From Phyllobates terribilis (taxonomy: Eukaryota), in the NCBI RefSeq assembly GCF_046119375.1, contig NW_027362764.1:57412001-57476000 (forward strand): a stretch of 64,000 nucleotides of DNA, written 5' to 3'. Position numbers and translations under genes: made by a program. Of this stretch, positions 56,359-64,000 are shown piece by piece. Position 1 is the stretch's first letter. Each line of letters opens with the position of its first letter. The notes under the pieces are model-generated. The model saw nothing but the letters and a program-made list of their open reading frames with translations, did not search any database and was not told the DNA's origin.

Positions 56359-59300
56359 GAGGGGGGGGGAAGAGGGGGGGAAAGAGGGGGGGAAGAGGGG
56401 GGGAAAGAGGGGGGGGAAAGAGGGGGGGAAAGAGGGGGGGAAAGAGGGGGGGAAAGAGGGGGGGGGAAGAGGGGGGGGGAAGAGGGGGGGGAAGAGGGGG
56501 GGAAAGAGGGGGGGAAAGAGGGGGGGAAAGAGGGGGGGAAAGAGGGGGGGAAAGAGGGGGGGAAAGAGGGGGGGAAAGAGGGGGGGAAAGAGGGGGGGAA
56601 AGAGGGGGGGAGAGAGGGGGAGAGAGAGGGGGAGAGAGAGGGGGAGAGAGAGGGGGAGAGAGAGGGGGAGAGAGAGGGGGGGCAGAGAGCGAGCGCGAGG
56701 GGGGCAGAGAGCGAGCGCGAGGGGGGCAGAGAGCGAGCGCGAGGGGGGCAGAGAGCGAGCGCGAGGGGGGCAGAGAGCGAGCGCGAAGGGGGCAGAGAGC
56801 GAGGGGGGCAGAGAGCGAGCGCGAAGGGGGCAGAGAGCGAGAGCGAGGGGGGCAGAGAGCGATCGCGAGGGGGGGGCAGAGAGCGAGCGCGAGGGGGGGC
56901 AGAGAGCGAGCGCGAGGGGGGGCAGAGAGCGAGCGCGAGGGGGGGCAGAGAGCGAGCGCGAGGGGGGGCAGAGAGCGAGCGCGAGGGGGGGCAGAGAGCG
57001 AGCGCGAGGGGGGCAGAGAGCGAGCGCGAGGGGGGGCAGAGAGCGAGGGGGGGCAGAGAGCGAGGGGGGGCAGAGAGCGAGGGGGGGCAGAGAGCGAGGG
57101 GGGGCAGAGAGCGAGGGGGGGCAGAGAGAGAGCGCGAGGGGGGGCAGAGAGAGAGCGCGAGGGGGGGCAGAGAGAGAGCGCGAGGGGGGGCAGAGAGAGA
57201 GCGCGAGGGGGGACAGAGAGAGCGCGAGGGGGGACAGAGAGAGAGCGCGAGGGGGGACAGAGAGAGAGCGCGAGGGGGGACAGAGAGAGAGCGCGAGGGG
57301 GGACAGAGAGAGAGCGCGAGGGGGGGGCAGAGAGAGCGCAAGGGGGGTGCAGAGAGAGCGCGAGGGGGGGCAGAGAGAGCGCGAGGGGGGGCAGAGAGAG
57401 AGAGCGCGCGAGGGGGGCAGAGAGAGAGCGCGCGAGGGGGGCAGAGAGAGAGAGCGCGCGAGGGGGGCAGAGAGAGAGAGCGCGCGAGGGGGGCAGAGAG
57501 AGAGAGCGCGCGAGGGGGGCAGAGAGAGAGAGCGCGCGAGGGGGGCAGAGAGAGAGAGCGCGCGAGGGGGGCAGAGAGAGAGAGCGCGCGAGGGGGGCAG
57601 AGAGAGAGAGCGCGCGAGGGGGGCAGAGAGAGAGAGCGCGCGAGGGGGGCAGAGAGAGAGAGCGCGCGAGGGGGGCAGAGAGAGAGAGCGCGCGAGGGGG
57701 GCAGAGAGAGAGAGCGCGCGAGGGGGGCAGAGAGAGAGAGCGCGCGAGGGGGGCAGAGAGAGAGAGCGCGCGAGGGGGGCAGAGAGAGAGAGCGCGCGAG
57801 GGGGGCAGAGAGAGAGAGCGCGCGAGGGGGGCAGAGAGAGCGCGCGAGGGGGGCAGAGAGAGAGAGCGCGCGAGGGGGGCAGAGAGAGAGAGCGCGCGAG
57901 GGGGGCAGAGAGAGAGAGCGCGCGAGGGGGGCAGAGAGAGAGAGCGCGCGAGGGGGGCAGAGAGAGAGAGCGCGCGAGGGGGGCAGAGAGAGAGAGCGCG
58001 CGAGGGGGGCAGAGAGAGAGAGCGCGCGAGGGGGGCAGAGAGAGAGAGAGCGCGCGAGGGGGGCAGAGAGAGAGAGCGCGCGAGGGGGGCAGAGAGAGAG
58101 AGCGCGCGAGGGGGGCAGAGAGAGAGAGCGCGCGAGGGGGGCAGAGAGAGAGAGCGCGCGAGGGGGGCAGAGAGAGAGAGCGCGCGAGGGGGGCAGAGAG
58201 AGAGAGCGCGCGAGGGGGGCAGAGAGAGAGAGCGCGCGAGGGGGGCAGAGAGAGAGAGCGCGCGAGGGGGGCAGAGAGAGAGAGCGCGCGAGGGGGGGCA
58301 GAGAGAGAGAGCGCGCGAGGGGGGGCAGAGAGAGAGAGCGCGCGAGGGGGGGCAGAGAGAGAGAGCGCGCGAGGGGGGCAGAGAGAGAGAGCGCGCGAGG
58401 GGGGCAGAGAGAGAGAGCGCGCGAGGGGGGCAGAGAGAGAGAGCGCGCGAGGGGGGCAGAGAGAGAGAGCGCGCGAGGGGGGCAGAGAGAGAGAGCGTGC
58501 GAGGGGGGCAGAGAGAGAGAGCGCGCGAGGGGGGCAGAGAGAGAGAGCGCGCGAGGGGGGCAGAGAGAGAGCGCGCGAGGGGGGCAGAGAGAGAGAGCGC
58601 GCGAGGGGGGCAGAGAGAGAGAGCGCGCGAGGGGGGCAGAGAGAGAGAGCGCGCGAGGGGGGCAGAGAGAGAGAGCGCGCGAGGGGGGCAGAGAGAGAGA
58701 GCGCGCGAGGGGGGCAGAGAGAGAGCGCGCGAGGGGGGCAGAGAGAGAGAGCGCGCGAGGGGGGCAGAGAGAGAGAGCGCGCGAGGGGGGCAGAGAGAGA
58801 GAGCGCGCGAGGGGGGCAGAGAGAGAGAGCGCGCGAGGGGGGCAGAGAGAGAGAGCGCGCGAGGGGGGCAGAGAGAGAGAGCGCGCGAGGGGGGCAGAGA
58901 GAGAGAGCGCGCGAGGGGGGCAGAGAGAGAGAGCGCGCGAGGGGGGCAGAGAGAGAGAGCGCGCGAGGGAGGCAGAGAGAGAGAGCGCGCGAGGGGGGCA
59001 GAGAGAGAGAGCGCGCGAGGGGGGCAGAGAGAGAGAGCGCGCGAGGGGGGCAGAGAGAGAGCGCGCGAGGGGGGCAGAGAGAGAGAGCGCGCGAGGGGGG
59101 CAGAGAGAGAGAGCGCGCGAGGGGGGCAGAGAGAGAGAGCGCGCGAGGGGGGCAGAGAGAGAGAGCGCGCGAGGGGGGCAGAGAGAGAGAGCGCGCGAGG
59201 GGGGCAGAGAGAGAGAGCGCGCGAGGGGGGCAGAGAGAGAGAGCGCGCGAGGGGGGCAGAGAGAGAGAGCGCGCGAGGGGGGCAGAGAGAGAGCGCGCGC

Positions 59301-59522
59301 GAGGGGGGCAGAGAGAGAGAGCGCGCGAGGGGGGCAGAGAGAGAGAGCGCGCGAGGGGGGCAGAGAGAGAGAGCGCGCGAGGGGGGCAGAGAGAGAGAGC
59401 GCGCGAGGGGGGCAGAGAGAGAGAGCGCGCGAGGGGGGCAGAGAGAGAGAGCGCGCGAGGGGGGCAGAGAGAGAGAGCGCGCGAGGGGGGCAGAGAGAGA
59501 GCGCGCGCGAGGGGGGCAGAGA
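56359..59522 (+). repeat. G/A-rich simple-sequence array, about 3.2 kb
   Basis: Units progress from GGGGGGGAAAGA to GGGGAGAGAGAG to GAGGGGGGCAGAGAGCGAGCGC to GAGGGGGGCAGAGAGAGAGAGCGCGC. T is almost absent. Confidence 0.97.
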
Positions 59523-60539
59523 TGGAAAGGATTTAAGATGCTAAAAAAACAAACAAAACAAACCTGCCAGAAGCCAAAAATGTCACAAACAGTGGTCAGG
59601 AAAAAAACTACAGGCAAATAAGACACTTCAGGGAAGGGGGAACACTGGAGTTTCCTAAAGCATCTTATTCTTGAAAAACCACAGCGGGCTCACCTGTGTG
59701 AAAAAGACATGGGCACATACTCTAAGACTTACAGAGCGGGTTCCTGACAGGTTAAAGCTGGTCAGGGGGATCTCCGTGATCAACTCAACCCCTTAAAGGG
59801 TTATTCCCAAAATATTAAGTGCTTCACTATTTCCAGCATTCCCATTATGGATGAATGGAGCGGAGGACAAGCACGCACATCTCAACCCCAGTAAAGATGG
59901 GGCTTAGGTTCTGTTATTCCAGAGCTCCAATGTCGGAATTGCTGGGGGTCCCAGTGGTCACACTTCCCCAGTGATCAGTAATTTATATGCTATCCCAAGG
60001 ATAGAAGATAACTTGAAGGGGTTGTCTGGACTAAGAATAAAAGTATGCCGTCACTCTATATGACTGAAGACAAACAAATAGTGATAGTGTGCGATCTGTC
60101 ACAATTCTCCTGTATGCCGTGTACGGGTGGACGGTCCCATGCAGACTAGACGCTCATCTGCTAGAAAATTAAGAAGAACAGCAGAGACTAGGCAGCATGT
60201 GACTGCAAGTAATTCTAAAAATTTTTTGTTGCCTAATTTGATTGCCACTTTAGGGGCATTGGAGCAAGGTACTTTGAGCAAGTTGGAATGTGTCACATTG
60301 GCAGGTTCCCTTTAAAATTCATTTGGAGCTTTCTGCATAGAGTTAATGATTGACACACTCAGAATTTCTCAGTCCAATCCACCACAAGCTACATGGAGCG
60401 GAGAACAGTCCTGAGGGCAGGCAGTCCAAGGTAATATAATTTCGGCTGCATTCCTTTTGCATGGAAAAAGGGCATTTAAAGAACTGCAGCCAAAAAGAAC
60501 TATAAAAAAAAATGGCGTCCACTGCCCAGCTGTCCGGCA

Positions 60540-60770
60540 TGGAACAACCTCCATGCCCAGTTCATCCAAAAACCGTGTATAAGTGCCTAGAAGAAGTAAT
60601 GAAGGCAAAGGGCGGCCATCAAATATTGATGGGATTTACATTTCTCTTTTGTTCATTCACTTTCCATTTTGTTATTTCATAAAAATAAACTATTGTGACT
60701 TCTATTTTTTTTAAACTTTCTTACCTTGCAGCATTTTTTTCACACCTACCTAAAACTTTTGCACAATTTC
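60540..60770 (+). mobile_element. Degraded 3' end of a Tc1 element
   Basis: agaagaagtaatgaaggcaaagggcggccatc (EEVMKAKGGH-like transposase end), followed by TIR-like acacctacctaaaacttttgcaca. Confidence 0.55.
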
Positions 60771-61455
60771 AATCAATGTTTTCAATTTACTTTTTTTTTT
60801 TAATATTTATTGTATAAAAGAATGAAATGAATGATAATTATCAGCATTAAAATGGCTTTAATTTAGTATCAGGTGGGGTGCTCAGACTGGCAGTCATCTG
60901 GCCGGAGTACAAGACTCTACAACCAGCAATTAAAACAATAAAGTACGTATATCATTAGCTAAAACAATGAAACTACAGGTTAAGTAGAGACCGCCTGGCT
61001 CTAATAATAGTTTACGAGTGAACGGCATTGTGTACGTATTATGGATGTAGCAGAGTGGAATTTGTCATTTACCTCTTTGGCGCGGCATTGTTTATCTATT
61101 CCAATAACTCCCTTCCCTATGGTAACCCCCCAAAAAATACAAGGCCAGAATGTAATGAAATATATTACATAACTCAGCTCTGCTATGTATGTGTGTAGGA
61201 AAAATATGCAGATCCATCAGAAACTTTTTTTCACAATTTTGAGGTTGGATTCCATATAAGACCATAAAGTCCCATGTGCTGCACCTGCCCAGCAGGACAA
61301 TCCCCTCTGGGAGGACGCCACGTCTGAGCAGCCGGGCCGTGCACTGCAAGATCCTGACGGACCCCGCGGACTAAAAACGAGTCATATTACATCTAAAGAT
61401 AGATATAAGAAATACTAATAAAGAAAAATATTTTTATAAAAAATAAAATCAATTA

Positions 61456-63012
61456 CTGCTATATGAAAAAGTTTGGGCACCCCTATTAATCTTAAGCTTA
61501 TTGTTTTATAAAAATTGGTGTTTTTGCAACAGCTATTTCAGTTTGATATATGTAATAACTGTTGGACACAGTAATGTTTCTGCCTTGAAATGAGGTTTAT
61601 TGTACTAACAGAAAATGTGCAATCTGCATTCAAACAAAATTTGACAGGTGCATAAGTATGGGCACCCCACCAGAAAAGTGACATTAATATTTTGTAGATC
61701 CTCCTTTTGCAAAAATAACAGCCTCTAGTCGCTTCCTGTAGCTTTTAATGATATCCTGGATCCTGGATGAAGGTATTTTTGACCATTCCTCTTTACAAAA
61801 CAATTCCAGTTCAGTTAAGTTTGATGGTCGCCGAGCATGGACAGCCCTCTTCAAATGATCCCACAGATGTTCAATGATATTCAGGTCTGGGGACTGGGAC
61901 GGCCATTCCAGAACATTGTAATTGTTCCTCTGCATGAATGCCTGAGTAGATTTGGAGCGGTGTTTTGGATCATTGTCTTGCTGAAAGATCCATCCCCTGC
62001 GTAACTTCAACTTTGTCACTGATTCTTGAACATTATTGTCAAGAATCTGCTGATACTGAGTGGAATCCATGCGTCCTTCAACTTTAACAAGCTTCCCGGT
62101 GCCGGCATTGGCCATACTGCCCCAAAGCATGATGGAACCTCCACCAAATTTTACTGTGGGTGGCAAGTGTTTTTCTTGGAATGCTGTGTTTTTTGGCCGC
62201 CATGCATAACGCCTTTTTGTATGACCAAACAACTCAATCGTGGTTTCACCAGTCCACAGGACCTTCTTCCAAAAAGAAATTGGCTTCTCCAAATGAGCTT
62301 TTGCATACCTCAGCCGACTCTGTTTGTGGCGTGCTTGCAGAAATGGCTTCTTTCGCATCACTCTCCTATACAGCTTCTCCTTGTGCAAAGTGCGTTGTAT
62401 AGTTGACCGATGCACAGTGACACCATCTGCAGCAAGTTGATGCTGCAGCTCTCTGGAGGTGGTCTGAGGATTGTCCTTGACTGATCTCACCATTCTTCTT
62501 CTCTGCCTTTCTGATGTTTTTCTTGGCCTGCCACTTCTGGCCTTAACAAGAACTGTCCCTGTGTTCTTCCATTTCCTTACTATGTTCCTCACAGTGGAAA
62601 CTGACAGGTTAAATCTCTGAGACAGCTTTTTGTATCCTTCCCCTGAACAACTATGTTGAATAATCTTTGTTTTCAGATCATTTGACAGTTGTTTTGAGGA
62701 GCCCATGATGCCACTCTTCAGAGGAGATTCAAACAGGAGAACAACTTGCAAGTGGCCACTTTAAGTAGCTTTTCTCATGATTGCATACACCTGGCTATGA
62801 AGTTCAAAGCTCAATGAGGTTACAAAACCAAAAAAAGTGCTTTAGTACGTCAGTAAAAAGGAGGTAGGAGTATTTAAAACAAGAAAATGATAAGGGTGCC
62901 CATACTTATGCACCTGTCTAATTTTGTTTGAATGCAGATTGCACATTTTCTGTTAGTACAATAAACCTCATTTCAAGGCAGAAACATTACTGTGTCCAAC
63001 AGTTATTACATA
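61456..63012 (-). mobile_element. Tc1 (DD34E) transposon, right-hand TIR interrupted by a second copy
   Basis: TA-ctgctatatgaaaaagtttgggcacccc at the left. 62891-63010 is the reverse complement of the inner part of the TIR and stops at a TA. Confidence 0.95.
61684..62706 (-). CDS. Tc1 transposase, open 340-aa ORF with the first catalytic Asp changed to Gly
   Basis: MGSSKQLSNDLK...WTGETTIELF...FQQDNDPKH-(34 aa spacing)-SPDLNIIEHLW...AKGGSTKY. Confidence 0.9.
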   Translation of the reverse strand: MGSSKQLSNDLKTKIIQHSCSGEGYKKLSQRFNLSVSTVRNIVRKWKNTGTVLVKARSGRPRKTSERQRRRMVRSVKDNPQTTSRELQHQLAADGVTVHRSTIQRTLHKEKLYRRVMRKKPFLQARHKQSRLRYAKAHLEKPISFWKKVLWTGETTIELFGHTKRRYAWRPKNTAFQEKHLPPTVKFGGGSIMLWGSMANAGTGKLVKVEGRMDSTQYQQILDNNVQESVTKLKLRRGWIFQQDNDPKHRSKSTQAFMQRNNYNVLEWPSQSPDLNIIEHLWDHLKRAVHARRPSNLTELELFCKEEWSKIPSSRIQDIIKSYRKRLEAVIFAKGGSTKY

Positions 63013-64000
63013 CAGTCATATGAAAAAGTTTGGGCACCCCTATTAATCTTAAGCTTAATGTTTTATAAAAATTGGTGTTTTTGCAACAGCTATTTCAGTT
63101 TGATATATGTAATAACTGTTGGACACAGTAATGTTTCTGCCTTGAAATGAGGTTTATTGTGCTAACAGAAAATGTGCAATCTGCATTCAAACAAAATTTG
63201 ACCGGTGCATAAGTATGGGCACCCTTATCATTTTCTTGTTTTAAATACTCCTGCCTACTTTTTACTGACTTACTAAAGCACTTTTTTTGGTTTTGTAACC
63301 TCATTGAGCTTTGAACTTTATAGCCAGGTGTATGCAATCATGAGAAAAGCTACTTAAAGTGGCCACTTGCAAGTTGTTCTCCTGTTTGAATCTCCTCTGT
63401 AGAGTGGCATCATGGGCTCCTCAAAACAACTGTCAAATGATCTGAAAACAAAGATTATTCAACATAGTTGTTCAGGGGAAGGATACAAAAAGCTGTCTCA
63501 GAGATTTAACCTGTCAGTTTCCACTGTGAGGAACATAGTAAGGAAATGGAAGAACATAGGGACAGTTCTTGTTAAGGCCAGAAGTGGCAGGACAAGAAAA
63601 ACATCAGAAAGGCAGAGAAGAAGAATGGTGAGATCAGTCAAGGACAATCCTCAGACCACCTCCAGAGAGCTGCAGCATCAACTTGCTGCAGATGGTGTCA
63701 CTGTGCATCGGTCAACTATACAACGCACTTTGCACAAGGAGAAGCTGTATGGGAGAGTGATGCGAAAGAAGCCGTTTCTGCAAGTACGCACAAACAGAGT
63801 CGGCTGAGGTATGCAAAAGCACATTTGAAGAAGCCTATTTCTTTTTGGAAGAAGGTCCTGTGGACTGATGAAACCAAGATTGAGTTGTTTGGTCATACAA
63901 AAAGGCGTTATGCATGGAGGCAAAAAAACACAGCATTCCAAGAAAAACACTTGCTACCCACAGTAAAATTTGGTGGAGGTTCCATCATGCTTTGGGGCTG
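63013..64000 (+). mobile_element. Second copy of the same Tc1 family, nested, truncated by window end
   Basis: TA-cagtcatatgaaaaagtttgggcacccc. The ORF from 63412 is frameshifted near 63790 and retains WTDETKIEL. Confidence 0.95.

Noticed and set aside
57400-59520. Z-DNA from (GC)n runs
   Set aside because: The alternating runs are only about 6-8 bp, too short to support the claim on their own.
55560-59626. ORFs of 593-1,293 aa (RERARGG / LSLPP repeats)
   Set aside because: Artefacts of an N gap plus a T-free simple repeat.
61281-61355. GC-rich stretch with AG...GT boundaries as a possible upstream AKAP9 exon
   Set aside because: No convincing similarity to the expected upstream peptide, and weak splice context.
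62707-62751. N-terminal extension of the transposase ORF in the ORF track (355 aa)
   Set aside because: It starts at a non-ATG codon in 5' UTR sequence. The family start is MGSSKQ at 62706, as in copy 2.

Overview
Eukaryotic genomic DNA, most likely from a frog (inferred from TTAA-type MITEs, Tc1/DIRS1 families and an 86-bp satellite). There are no prokaryotic features. About 53 kb of the minus strand carries the 3' part of AKAP9 (AKAP450/CG-NAP). I traced 26 GT-AG exons by hand, from 53291 down to about 8362. They join in consistent reading phase into about 2,750 codons ending in the PACT domain. One exon is 3,426 bp (1,142 codons) and appears to be about three times the human equivalent, expanded by degenerate internal module duplications. 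Two segments in it resemble the PKA-RII docking helix. Downstream of the gene is a full-length but mutated DIRS1 tyrosine-recombinase retrotransposon (1119-7139) with both ITRs and an exact circle-junction ICR. The introns hold several Tc1 elements, one nested head-to-head inside the TIR of its own family. They also hold many MITEs, nested foldback structures, at least eight tandem-repeat arrays, and three assembly gaps. I found no clearly new biological system. The best leads are the AKAP9 exon expansion and the transposon and repeat architecture. Comparisons with human AKAP9 are from memory and need alignment.
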